Shown: in pieces, positions 26,705 to 36,577 of the stretch
Layout: the number at the start of each line of letters is the position of its first letter
Numbering within the stretch: position 1 is the stretch's first letter
IMG/VR virus record: IMGVR_UViG_3300022602_000024
Location: 1-64,000 of that record
Direction: 5' to 3' (one strand)
DNA length: 64,000 bases
Notes under the pieces: generated by a model
Seen by the model: the letters and a program-made list of their open reading frames with translations, nothing else
The model's database searches: none
What the model was told of the DNA's origin: nothing
Made by a program: the position numbers and the translations under genes

Positions 26705-27710
26705 TTTTTATTTTCTCAAACAAATCCCAATGATCAAAAATGCTGACCAAGCTAATTCTATTATTAAAATCAGCAGGATCTAATTGTAATTTATATACAT
26801 TCAATAAATTTTTCCTACTGTATAAATCCCAATCAGAATCGCCAATGGCAAACAATACAGAATCACTAGCAGTTAAGTTGAAGTATTCACATACTTGTTT
26901 TTGTTGTTGTATATAACGTTTATATATGTAGCTACAAGGAAATTGTTCTATTATCTTTGTTCCTATATATGCTGACAAATTGTTGTTGTAATTAATGCTA
27001 TCGTGTAGTTTTTGACCGTCAAATGTATCTTTTGTGTACCTTACACCTATGCGCAAGTTGGCTACAGGAAATGCTTTGCTTATACTAAATGCCACAGTAT
27101 CAATACAGCCTGCAGATAAATCCAAAGTGATGCCGCTACTAATGGGATAGTAACAACAATCAATCAATACAGGTACATTCAATGACTCGCATTGTTGTAT
27201 AATATTTAAAAACTCTGGGTGTGCTGATCCGGTATCACAAAAAGGCATGCTAATCACAACTGCATCATTTGATGCAATAGGATCGCTATCGGTGATAAAA
27301 CTCCAACTGGCACGGTTGCTGATCCATGTTTTTAAATGATAAAAGTATTCTCCGGAATAGCATCTAAACCGTCTTGTACAATGTCTAAAATAAAAACTAT
27401 CAAATGATTGTGTGGTTCCAGCACTGTAATCTGCTGAGTATTTTTCTAAACCTATTACGGTATTAGAATCGTGCCCTAAAATCCATTGAGTTATTTTCTT
27501 TTTAAATTCGTGTAACGCAGACCAATTTTGCAACTCGCTATACATACTTTGATCAAATAACTGCTTGATGTATTCTACAACTTGTGTATCTTTAACTGCA
27601 CGACTACCTTGAAATATATGATTTGCAGAAAATCTAGCATCAAAAAAGTTGCTGTGATTCTTTGTTGAAATCAAATAAGCCAACTGGCGAATGTTATGTG
27701 ATTTCGACAT
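26682..27710 (-). CDS. PLP-dependent fold-type I (aminotransferase-like) protein, paralog A
   Basis: VLIDCCYYP and FSISKAFPVANLRIG match the class I/II aminotransferase D..Y / S.SK.....G.RIG pattern. Start placed at ATG 27710, overlapping the gp46 stop. Confidence 0.68.
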   Translation of the reverse strand: MSKSHNIRQLAYLISTKNHSNFFDARFSANHIFQGSRAVKDTQVVEYIKQLFDQSMYSELQNWSALHEFKKKITQWILGHDSNTVIGLEKYSADYSAGTTQSFDSFYFRHCTRRFRCYSGEYFYHLKTWISNRASWSFITDSDPIASNDAVVISMPFCDTGSAHPEFLNIIQQCESLNVPVLIDCCYYPISSGITLDLSAGCIDTVAFSISKAFPVANLRIGVRYTKDTFDGQKLHDSINYNNNLSAYIGTKIIEQFPCSYIYKRYIQQQKQVCEYFNLTASDSVLFAIGDSDWDLYSRKNLLNVYKLQLDPADFNNRISLVSIFDHWDLFEKIKNETADNI

Positions 27711-29463
27711 CTGTATTATAACTTGTGTAACCGTTTTCTTTAACAACGTGCAAAGTATTGTTAACACGTCCTGCTAACTCGTCTTTGTGCGATACTAGCC
27801 AAATTGATTTGTTACTATCTCGGCTCATTTTCTTAAGAATACTCAATGAATTCTCAACTCCTGAGCTATCCATACCTGAATCTACCAACTCATCAATGAA
27901 CAACAAGTTGATGGGTTGATATAAACTTTCCCATACATCACGGAATGCCCATGACAAACTCAAGATAAGTCTGTTACGCTCGCCCCTACTCAAGTTGTCA
28001 AAGTCTAAGTCTCTACCCAGTTCAGTAATGGCTACAGTTAAGTCGTTGTTGAATTTTACAGTATGCGGCAAGCCTATACGATCTAAATATTGCCCTAATC
28101 TAGCATTAAGATAACTTAAATTTTGATCAATAATACGTTTACGTATAAATGAATCTTTGTTGGTCAACAGTTTTAACAAAAACTCTTGATGATTTTTGAT
28201 GTTGTCTAGTTCATTCATAACATCGTAACTGATTTCTTCTACTGCTTGCTCTTCCATGTCACGAATCTGATCGGCGTAAAGATCTGTTTCTTCTTGTTTG
28301 GCAGTTAACTGTGCAAGAATACTGCCCATGCTACTGCGATGCTCAAAAGCATCTGCTTCACTGTTGTAATAAACTTCAGGTTGTACACCTAGTTCTCCCA
28401 AGTCTGCCAGTGCTTGAGTATGTTCCATCCATTGAGTATTAGTGGCCAAGGCCTGTAGTGCAGCTTCTTGTAGTGCAGCACGCTTAGATTCCAACATTTT
28501 TTCGTGACTGTCATCATGTAGGTCCTGCCCGCAAGCATGACACTTGTGATCTTCTAATGCAGCAATGTCAGCTCGCAGTTGATCAATAACTTTTTCTTCA
28601 CGTTTTTCATCTAGTTCGCACCGTCGAATCCAGTTAGTCAGTTCAGTAATGGCTTTACGTTTTGTATTGTGGGCATTTAAGGCCTGGTGTGCACTCAATT
28701 CGGCTTCGATGTCTAGTTTGCTTAGTTCATCATATGCGGCCTGTAACGCATCTATATCGTCGGCGTGTTTTTTGAGCCATATCGACTGTGTGCGTTTTAC
28801 CTTATCAATTTGTTCTTGAATACGCTTATTAGCATCCGTGACTGCTTTGATTCGAAATTCCTCTTGGCTAATGGCATCCTTAGTTACTTTGTTTAATTCT
28901 TTAAGACGATCTGCTTTTTCGCTTAATAATGTAATGCCCAACAGTTGCTCAATGATAGTGCGTTGATCATTGGCTTTGAGTGCAAGGAATGGTTCAGTAT
29001 AAGTGTTTAATGCAACAATATGCTTAAACATATCATGACTCATGCCTAACATTCTTTCAATTTCTGCTTGCGTTTCTCTACTGTCACCTTGAGCATCATC
29101 GGTAATTTCTCGTTCAACATTACCGACAAAGAATTTCATTACTCCAGGTTTGCGGCCACGCTCAATTCTGTAATCAATACCGTCTTTTTCAAAATCAATT
29201 GTGACCAACATACCTTTGGTATTGGTTTTGTTGATTAGATTATCTTTTTTAATGTTAGTAAGTGCATTGCCGTATAGTGCATAGCTCAATGCATTAATGA
29301 TAGTGGTCTTACCAGTGCCATTACGTGCACCCGAATCATCGCCGCCTAAGTCTAAGTTTTCACCTAGCACCAAAGTTAAATCATTACGATCAAAGTTAAC
29401 GGCTTGTGTAGTATTACCTACACTCATAAAGTTTTTAACAGTAAGGTCTTTTATTTTAAACAT
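27694..29463 (-). CDS. gp46: Recombination endonuclease subunit (Rad50/SbcC-like ATPase)
   Basis: KNFMSVGN, Walker A NGTGKT, CHAC zinc hook, LSRGE signature and LLFIDE Walker B. Confidence 0.95.
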   Translation of the reverse strand: MFKIKDLTVKNFMSVGNTTQAVNFDRNDLTLVLGENLDLGGDDSGARNGTGKTTIINALSYALYGNALTNIKKDNLINKTNTKGMLVTIDFEKDGIDYRIERGRKPGVMKFFVGNVEREITDDAQGDSRETQAEIERMLGMSHDMFKHIVALNTYTEPFLALKANDQRTIIEQLLGITLLSEKADRLKELNKVTKDAISQEEFRIKAVTDANKRIQEQIDKVKRTQSIWLKKHADDIDALQAAYDELSKLDIEAELSAHQALNAHNTKRKAITELTNWIRRCELDEKREEKVIDQLRADIAALEDHKCHACGQDLHDDSHEKMLESKRAALQEAALQALATNTQWMEHTQALADLGELGVQPEVYYNSEADAFEHRSSMGSILAQLTAKQEETDLYADQIRDMEEQAVEEISYDVMNELDNIKNHQEFLLKLLTNKDSFIRKRIIDQNLSYLNARLGQYLDRIGLPHTVKFNNDLTVAITELGRDLDFDNLSRGERNRLILSLSWAFRDVWESLYQPINLLFIDELVDSGMDSSGVENSLSILKKMSRDSNKSIWLVSHKDELAGRVNNTLHVVKENGYTSYNTDVEIT

Positions 29464-30479
29464 CAGAGATTTCTATAAATGTCAAGTAGTAAATTTGGAT
29501 TATATTGTTTACTATCTATAGTGTTTAGTTGACTATATACGATTTGATCCACGGACTCAAATTCAATATTGCCTTGTATTTCGTATTCCGTTAGTTCAGT
29601 TACTTTGGCAGGTATAAGAGTAATCTCACGTAAGCTATACGTGTTGATAAATGTTTCTTTGATAAACGTGGCTTCTTCGTAGCTGATATCAATGTCCAAG
29701 TTCACACGCACATGCATGTTAGGTTGCAACATAGCTTCGGTGTGCTTTAGTACATCACTCAAATTAAATACACGATACCGGGGTTGGTCAGGCCAAGCGT
29801 AGTACACCGGGTCCTTGCCCCATTCGAGCACCGTAAGCCCTCTATCATCGTCCCCGGCATCGGCGTAATTGTGTGGAAAGCAATTTCCAATGTAGGTAAT
29901 ATTCTTTTGTGTCTGTCGTTTGTGAAAGTGTCCGGTGAACACATGATCAAAATGACTAAACTGCTCTCTACGAACTTCTCCATGTTCGGGCATGGCCACC
30001 ATGGCATTCATTAAATATCCGGGCAGTTCGAAGTGCCCAAACATATATTTTCCTTTTAGTTTAGGAATACGTTTATGGTCATCGCCACATAGCCAAGGAG
30101 CAATAACCACATCGCCTGAACTAAACCAGTCGTTACAGATTTGCACGTTAGGGAGATGTTTGGCCCACTCTACACTTTGTACGTCTCGTTTGTCTCGATA
30201 ATACAAGTCGTGATTACCAGGAATAAAATATACACGATCAAAATTAGCATTAAGATGCTCTAATGCTTGCAGGCTGTAACCCAAAGTAAGAATATTGATT
30301 GATGCACGATTGTTGTGCCAGTCGCCCAAAAAGATTGCAGTTTCGCACCCTTCTTCTCGTGCTTTAGCAGTGGCCCATTTAACAAAGTTCAAACAGTCCT
30401 CGTTGTGTAAAGTGCTGTTTGATTTAAGTCCAAAATGGATATCAGTGAATAGTGCGGCTTTTTTAAATAAATTACTCAT
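29463..30479 (-). CDS. gp47: Recombination endonuclease subunit (Mre11/SbcD-like nuclease)
   Basis: TDIHFG, GDW, PGNHD, GHFE and GHFH metallophosphoesterase motifs; adjacent to gp46. Confidence 0.95.
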   Translation of the reverse strand: MSNLFKKAALFTDIHFGLKSNSTLHNEDCLNFVKWATAKAREEGCETAIFLGDWHNNRASINILTLGYSLQALEHLNANFDRVYFIPGNHDLYYRDKRDVQSVEWAKHLPNVQICNDWFSSGDVVIAPWLCGDDHKRIPKLKGKYMFGHFELPGYLMNAMVAMPEHGEVRREQFSHFDHVFTGHFHKRQTQKNITYIGNCFPHNYADAGDDDRGLTVLEWGKDPVYYAWPDQPRYRVFNLSDVLKHTEAMLQPNMHVRVNLDIDISYEEATFIKETFINTYSLREITLIPAKVTELTEYEIQGNIEFESVDQIVYSQLNTIDSKQYNPNLLLDIYRNL

Positions 30480-30485
30480 CTAAGC

Positions 30486-30515
30486 AGTATAGCAAATACT
30501 CCAGGCCAAGGTCAA
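30486..30515 (-). promoter_or_regulatory. Sigma70-type promoter for the gp47-gp46 operon
   Basis: Minus strand TTGACC-18 nt-TATACT with TG extension, ending 6 nt before ATG 30479. Confidence 0.65.
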
Positions 30516-30519
30516 ATCT

Positions 30520-31395
30520 TTATTCTTCATAAACTGGGCCACTGCCACCGCCCATACCCTGACGAGTATAACTGGGATTGAGTCCGTTCATTTCCAAAAT
30601 ATCATCACGCAGGTTTTGATTACGTTTTTCAATGTTTAGCACACGAGTAAATGAATTAGTAATAGCTGCAGTATAGTAAGCAAATGGATTTTGGCTTTTT
30701 GACTCATCAAACTGTAGTCCAATTTGACTTAACTGTAACAGGGCTTGGCTACGCATTTCGTCATTGTAAGTGTACCCGCGCCAATTGCTACGAGTAGCAT
30801 ACCGCTCGCACAGTTTCATAAACATGTGTGCTAACTTGTTAGTCATTTGTCCGTGATCCCTGCTGAAGTTTCCGGTATCCAATGGACCTTTCCAGTGACT
30901 TTTGCCCACACAGACTGGTTTTCCTTCGGCATCTACTTTGTAATGTTGGAATGGAGGAAAGTTGCATTTGACATATTTGGTATTGCCAGCAATATCTAAT
31001 TCGTCATCGTCGTATTCACTACGGGGAATGGCACCTTCTTCGTCTTCCATGGCTTTTACTGCGGCTTTTCGGCTTTTGACATCATCAATTGGAATGTGAT
31101 CCCAGGTCATGACTCGAAATACCACATCTGTATCAGCAATATCTTTGAGTTTGATTTCAAACTCATCTAACTTACGTTTTGTGCCGTCGGCAGTGGCTGC
31201 TTCGTGTGCCAACTTGGCCAACCTAAGGGCACGATTTTGGCGAGCTTCTTTGATATTCTTTTTGTTAATTTTATTGACATCCGGAATAATCATATCGTAA
31301 TCGGCATCTTTCATATCCAAAAATTTACAATATGTATTCTTGCTCTTGTGTATTTCTTTTAATATGTCTTTGTTATTAAGATAATTGTGTCTCAC
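30520..31395 (-). CDS. gp55: Late-transcription sigma factor
   Basis: NYLNNKDIL N-terminus and W.GYTY.DEM...FD.SKSQNPFAYYT motif; T4 gene order 55-47-46. GTG start. Confidence 0.88.
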   Translation of the reverse strand: MRHNYLNNKDILKEIHKSKNTYCKFLDMKDADYDMIIPDVNKINKKNIKEARQNRALRLAKLAHEAATADGTKRKLDEFEIKLKDIADTDVVFRVMTWDHIPIDDVKSRKAAVKAMEDEEGAIPRSEYDDDELDIAGNTKYVKCNFPPFQHYKVDAEGKPVCVGKSHWKGPLDTGNFSRDHGQMTNKLAHMFMKLCERYATRSNWRGYTYNDEMRSQALLQLSQIGLQFDESKSQNPFAYYTAAITNSFTRVLNIEKRNQNLRDDILEMNGLNPSYTRQGMGGGSGPVYEE

Positions 31396-31419
31396 CGGTA
31401 AATCCTTATAAGTTAGCGT

Positions 31420-31449
31420 ATACTAACATATTTAAAACAATAATGTCAA
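31420..31449 (-). promoter_or_regulatory. Sigma70-type promoter for gp55
   Basis: Minus strand TTGACA-18 nt-TAGTAT with TG extension. Confidence 0.65.
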
Positions 31450-31493
31450 CCTTTTTAAAACATTTTTATTATAGTAGCCGTTTATTTTACTAA

Positions 31494-31499
31494 TAAATA
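31494..31499 (+). promoter_or_regulatory. Late promoter TAAATA for the baseplate operon
   Basis: Lies 20 nt before ATG 31520, divergent from the gp55 promoter. Confidence 0.65.
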
Positions 31500-31519
31500 C
31501 TACATAATAGGGAACAGAT

Positions 31520-32494
31520 ATGCCAGTAAGGCCAACTCAATCAGTGGGACAAATAGTTACTAATGCAACAGCCGCTGCTTTGGGCGTTGCAAATACCAAT
31601 AGCCGTCAATCTGTTGACAGCATGTTTACCTATACACTTAATTCTCAAGCTGCCCCGACAGTTAAATTTCCTGGTGAAGCAACTGATTGGCGAGTACGAA
31701 TAACTCTACCTAATGCTGCCAAGTACTTTTACAATGATACAACCAACAATTTGTTATCTGTATTAAATACCAGCTCAGACAAACAAATAGTCAAACAAAG
31801 TGCTTCGTCGGGTAGCAGAGTAGCAAATGCATCTGCACAAATACCCGACACTGCTAGAATTGGTGTAGTATTTCCTTATACTCCAACAGTTGCGGTAACA
31901 CATACTGCCAACTACACACCTCAAAAATTAACACACAACAACTACGCCCAATATTTTTACGATAGTTCTGAGGTACAACCTATCAATATTACTGCTGAGT
32001 TCACCGTACAAAACATAAACGAAGGCAAATATTTGCTGGCCACTATATATTTTTTCAGGAGCTTGACCAAAATGTTCTTTGGGCAAGACGGAAATGCTGG
32101 TGTAGCTGGGCAACCGGCAGCTGGAAATCCTCCTCCTATTGTGTATCTGAACGGATACGGGCAATACTATTTGCCCAATGTTCCTATAGTGATAACCAGT
32201 TTCCAACATACCATGCCTGCAGACTGTGATTACATTAACATACCAGACCCAGCAGACCCAAATGCCACACTGAGCAGTTACGGAACTCGTTTGCCAACAA
32301 CAAGTTCGATATCGTTAACAGTACAACCAGTCTATAGTAGATTGGCACAGAGTCAAGGCTTTAGTCTAAATGATTTTGCTGCAGGAGCATTAATTAATAA
32401 TGTTAATTCTGGATTGCCAGCAACAGTATTTGGCGCATCAACTCCTGGTGCAAACAATGTAAAAACCAAATTTACAAACGGTGGATTCCTATAA
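31520..32494 (+). CDS. Baseplate tail-tube initiator/cap-like protein (gp48/gp54-like)
   Basis: VVFPYTP.V...H.ANY, HNNY...FY..S.V..I.I, FFRS.TKMFFG and PP.V.LNGYG...P.VPIVI motifs; first gene of the baseplate cluster. Confidence 0.62.
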   Translation: MPVRPTQSVGQIVTNATAAALGVANTNSRQSVDSMFTYTLNSQAAPTVKFPGEATDWRVRITLPNAAKYFYNDTTNNLLSVLNTSSDKQIVKQSASSGSRVANASAQIPDTARIGVVFPYTPTVAVTHTANYTPQKLTHNNYAQYFYDSSEVQPINITAEFTVQNINEGKYLLATIYFFRSLTKMFFGQDGNAGVAGQPAAGNPPPIVYLNGYGQYYLPNVPIVITSFQHTMPADCDYINIPDPADPNATLSSYGTRLPTTSSISLTVQPVYSRLAQSQGFSLNDFAAGALINNVNSGLPATVFGASTPGANNVKTKFTNGGFL

Positions 32495-32796
32495 TGTCAA
32501 TAGCATACGCAAAGACTAGCCCTTACTACAATACCACTACAAAGGGATTTTATTTGGATGTCTGGAACGGTATAACAATACCACCAGACATAACAGATGC
32601 CCTGTATCAAATTGATAGCCCGTATAATCGTCGACCTGATTTACTTGCATACGATATGTATAAAGATACAGGACTTTGGTGGGTATTTGCTGTGCGCAAC
32701 CCAGATGTATTACTAGACCCGTTGTTAAATTTTGTAACAGGCACAGTAATCTATGTTCCCGCACGTACAACAGTGCAACAAGCACTAGGAATTTAA
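32494..32796 (+). CDS. Baseplate wedge gp53-like / LysM-like protein
   Basis: RPDLLAYD.Y....LWWVFA..N motif. Confidence 0.72.
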   Translation: MSIAYAKTSPYYNTTTKGFYLDVWNGITIPPDITDALYQIDSPYNRRPDLLAYDMYKDTGLWWVFAVRNPDVLLDPLLNFVTGTVIYVPARTTVQQALGI

Positions 32797-32799
32797 TCA

Positions 32800-34866
32800 A
32801 TGCCAGTTTCAGCAAATTCAACGTCGGGCGCATCAAACCGCCAAATGGCAAAAACTCAATTGATACCTAATCCATTGTGGGCTTATGCATCGTCTACTTA
32901 TGCTTGGAGTTTATGGTATTTGAGCACAACAGATATAAACAGTTTGATGGAATTGCAAGATGTTGGGTCAGCTAATGGCTGGAGCCCGACCACAGTTAAT
33001 ACAGCAACTAATCCCAATGGGCGAACAACAGATACCAGTTTTGTAGTTGCTGAAGATTCGGGTCTGTATCCCAATTATCGTGTTCCTGGATTTCCAGTTA
33101 ACTACAACATTCAATCAGTTGAGTTTGATACAACTTTTTCGCATCTTGCACAGTTTAGAAGCAGTAATTCTATTATTGGCACTATGAAAATATTAGAACC
33201 TTACGGGGTTACATTCCTGGAATCATTGATATCAGCGTCATATAATCCAAACTCAAAAACATATGTACCTTACACCCAAGCCCCATACATGCTTCAATTG
33301 GAGTTTTTTGGGTATGACGATAATGGCGAGTTAATATCACCTACTGCAGCAACACAACTTAAAAAACGATTTCCTATTAGGTTACTACAATGCAAGGTAC
33401 AACTTACCAAAGCTGGGGCAGAATACACGATTAAATTTTGTCCTTGGGGACACCAAGGATTTGATAATATCTACGGAAAACTCCCCAAGGCAGTTAATAT
33501 AAAAGGTGGAACAGTTGGCGAAATACTCTCTGACCTAGAAAGTCAATTAAACACACATTACGTTAACGATCAAAAAATTGCTCAAAATGCAGCCTACGCT
33601 GATCAGTATAAGTTTAAAATAGATCCTAAGATTGCTACTTCCCCTATTGTAAATAATCCAACACTGTCTCAGAGTGATCCCAACTCTGACACATTAGATT
33701 TCTCTAAGAAAAATATTCCTATTTCTGCAGGAACTGAAATATTGGCAATACTTGATAGGCTCTTTGCCCAAGCAGGCTATTTAATTCAAGACCAACTACA
33801 ACTTGGGACAACAAGCAGTCCGGGATCTAGTACAGATACTGCAAATCAAGGCAACCCAGTTAAGATTCTTAGAACTCAAGTATCTGTTCAGTTACAAGGA
33901 GTACAGAACAGCAAAGACAGTTCGCCTGCTCCTGGAGTAGTAGATCCAATAAAAGGTAAGTTTCCTTTTTTAATTACATACGCCATTGGTCCATATTCTA
34001 GTTATAAGTCAGAAAGTTATTTGATTGGGTCGTTAGCAGATAGTACGCCAATTACAATTAAACAATATGATTATTTGTATACCGGACAAAATATTGATGT
34101 AATTGATTTTAAATTAGATTTTGATATGGCATACTATAATGCTGCTTTGGGTTATACCGCTGCTATTGCAGGTCAGACTCCAACTAAAGATTCTTCAGTA
34201 AACACAGTTGAATCAGCTGAGGGATCGTTTAAACCAACGATTACTGCTATAACATTGGGGTACGATGCATTTAAAACTGCACCAAATTTGACACCTTTGC
34301 CTACTCAATTTTTAGTAACTGATTTGGCTAAAACGTCCGGCGGCGGGATTAGTAATGATCCTAGCGGACAAAAAGGATCAGATGTATTGGCTTCTATATA
34401 CAGCAAAGCACTAGGCGATATGATCAAAGTCAATTTGGAAATACTTGGTGACCCAGTATGGATCAAGCAAGATGATTGGTTGTACGTTCAAGACCCTACA
34501 AATACATCTAGCCCTTACAATCAATGGGACCAGGCCGCTTGGTCGCAAGATAAGTTTTTTGCCAAGTACGGTCACGTAAGAACAGATGTAAGTGATCTAG
34601 TAGTGACATTAAACATTAACACACCGGTTGATCTTGATCTTGACGCTGGGGTACAAAACGGAGGAAATGCTGGATTAATGTATCCGAATCCTGGTAGTCG
34701 TCCGTCGACGTTCAGTGGACAATACCGAGTCATTATGGTAAAAAACATATTTAAAAATGGTAAATTTACACAAGTATTAACCTTAGTAAGATATGTAAAT
34801 TCAGATTTAATCAAAGCATACTATAATAATATAATCAAAACTGGGCAATCAAACAGTGGAGGATAA
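32800..34866 (+). CDS. Baseplate hub protein (gp27-like, 688 aa)
   Basis: Located between gp53-like and gp5-like genes; LEILGDP and FSG.Y.V..V...F..G.FTQ.L.L.R motifs. Confidence 0.6.
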   Translation: MPVSANSTSGASNRQMAKTQLIPNPLWAYASSTYAWSLWYLSTTDINSLMELQDVGSANGWSPTTVNTATNPNGRTTDTSFVVAEDSGLYPNYRVPGFPVNYNIQSVEFDTTFSHLAQFRSSNSIIGTMKILEPYGVTFLESLISASYNPNSKTYVPYTQAPYMLQLEFFGYDDNGELISPTAATQLKKRFPIRLLQCKVQLTKAGAEYTIKFCPWGHQGFDNIYGKLPKAVNIKGGTVGEILSDLESQLNTHYVNDQKIAQNAAYADQYKFKIDPKIATSPIVNNPTLSQSDPNSDTLDFSKKNIPISAGTEILAILDRLFAQAGYLIQDQLQLGTTSSPGSSTDTANQGNPVKILRTQVSVQLQGVQNSKDSSPAPGVVDPIKGKFPFLITYAIGPYSSYKSESYLIGSLADSTPITIKQYDYLYTGQNIDVIDFKLDFDMAYYNAALGYTAAIAGQTPTKDSSVNTVESAEGSFKPTITAITLGYDAFKTAPNLTPLPTQFLVTDLAKTSGGGISNDPSGQKGSDVLASIYSKALGDMIKVNLEILGDPVWIKQDDWLYVQDPTNTSSPYNQWDQAAWSQDKFFAKYGHVRTDVSDLVVTLNINTPVDLDLDAGVQNGGNAGLMYPNPGSRPSTFSGQYRVIMVKNIFKNGKFTQVLTLVRYVNSDLIKAYYNNIIKTGQSNSGG

Positions 34867-34873
34867 TCAATAA

Positions 34874-36577
34874 ATGGCAACAACTTCAACTAGAAAATCG
34901 GGCCCTTCAGCAGGAGCAATAGCTGACAAGACATCAGGATTTACAGTAAGTCCTGGTCCTTATGAAGCCATAGTGCAAGGGCATGTCAAAGGCAGCAGAA
35001 TGGGGCAATTGATTGTTACTATTCCAGACTGGGGAGCAGGTGCAAATCCATATGATGCAACTGATGAAGGCGAAGGTGACAGTGCAAAATCAAATCAACT
35101 TACTGTAAGTTATGCTAGTCCCTTTTATGGAGTAACTTATAATTCTTTAACAGGCGATGCTCCTAACACTCCACAGACAGCGGGACAAAGTTACGGCATG
35201 TGGTTTGTACCTCCTGACATTGGCAACACAGTATTAGTGACATTTGTGGGCGGTGATACGTCAAGGGGCTATTGGTTTGGTTGTGTTTACAATAGTCCCA
35301 GCCATCATATGGTTCCAGGCATTGCCAGAAATATAGGAACCAATACTGCCACACCGCCGGACAGCGATGGCTTGAGCGGTAAAATTAACAAATCAAATAT
35401 CAATAACATGCCGGTAGTTGAATATGATATTAGTGATCCTAATGCATTTACCGACGGCTTTAATACAACTCCGAGATACCCGCACGAATATCAGGCATCT
35501 ATACTGATCAATCAGGGACTAGACCAAGACAAAGTCAGGGGAGCAATCAGTTCCAGCAGTCTACGAGAATCGCCTAGCAATGTTTATGGCATCAGCACCC
35601 CGGGACGTGCATTAGGCAACAAATCGCAAGATTCAAATCAACCACAGGCGGTGTACTTTAGATCTGGTGGACACAGTTTTGTTATGGATGACGGGGCAGA
35701 TGGCACAGGGCAGGATCCAGAAGGGACAGATCAGCTGATCAGATTACGTACTGCCAGTGGACATCAAATCTTAATGAACGATACAGAGAATGTGTTGTAT
35801 ATTGCTGGCGCATCTGGGGCGCAATGGATAGAGTTCAGTGCAGATGGCAGTATAAATGTATTTGGTGCAGCAGGTATCAACATGCGCAGTGAAGGCCCTA
35901 TAAACATGCATAGCGATGCCAGTATTACATTAGACAGTCCTCATATAGCAATCAATGCCTTGCCATCGACTAAACTGCCGCCTAGTGCACTGGGCGCATT
36001 GGGAATCATACCTACTATCAACATAAAGAGTATGGGCAAAATGTCTGTGGGTGCTGCATTGGCTGCTGATTTTTCTTCGGCAGCCGCATTGAGTATAGCA
36101 GCTCCTGTTGCAGTAAATGTATCAAGCGCCGGGGCAGTAAATTTAGGAGGACAAGCAACTACAGTCTTAACATCTGCTGCGGTGGTAATTTCTGGAACTA
36201 CATCAACACAAATATCAGGCGGTGTTGTAGGATTAAACTGTGTTCCAGCAGTTCCTGTGCCTAAAATTCCTACTACCTTTATACCACCTATTCCTCATAC
36301 ATTACAAGATACCGTATTAAATGGGTCCAACTGGCAAAGTGTCAGCAGTAGTTTATTAACAACAGTATCAGTGGCACCTGCACATGAACCCTGGGTTGGA
36401 TCAGACGGCAAATCAAGACCTAAAGCTGCAGGTGGATTAGCTGGCTTGGCAGCAGGAGCACTATTAGGTGGAGTAACTTCTTCCTTGACGCAAACTGCTG
36501 CATCTACCATAAACTCAGCAACTACTGCTGTTACAGATTCGTTGCCTTCAGTATCATCAATAGTACCTAAATCATGA
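34874..36577 (+). CDS. gp5: Baseplate central spike (gp5/VgrG-like, OB-fold plus beta-helix)
   Basis: YGMWFVPPDIG..VLV.F..GD...GYW OB-fold motif, RT.SGHQILMND, beta-helix repeats and PAHEPW. No internal lysozyme recognised. Confidence 0.75.
   Translation: MATTSTRKSGPSAGAIADKTSGFTVSPGPYEAIVQGHVKGSRMGQLIVTIPDWGAGANPYDATDEGEGDSAKSNQLTVSYASPFYGVTYNSLTGDAPNTPQTAGQSYGMWFVPPDIGNTVLVTFVGGDTSRGYWFGCVYNSPSHHMVPGIARNIGTNTATPPDSDGLSGKINKSNINNMPVVEYDISDPNAFTDGFNTTPRYPHEYQASILINQGLDQDKVRGAISSSSLRESPSNVYGISTPGRALGNKSQDSNQPQAVYFRSGGHSFVMDDGADGTGQDPEGTDQLIRLRTASGHQILMNDTENVLYIAGASGAQWIEFSADGSINVFGAAGINMRSEGPINMHSDASITLDSPHIAINALPSTKLPPSALGALGIIPTINIKSMGKMSVGAALAADFSSAAALSIAAPVAVNVSSAGAVNLGGQATTVLTSAAVVISGTTSTQISGGVVGLNCVPAVPVPKIPTTFIPPIPHTLQDTVLNGSNWQSVSSSLLTTVSVAPAHEPWVGSDGKSRPKAAGGLAGLAAGALLGGVTSSLTQTAASTINSATTAVTDSLPSVSSIVPKS

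Noticed and set aside
26259-27767. Long 5' extensions of the PLP-type ORFs (track starts 26336 and 27767)
   Set aside because: They overlap upstream genes by 70-100 nt; internal ATGs at 26258 and 27710 give normal short overlaps.
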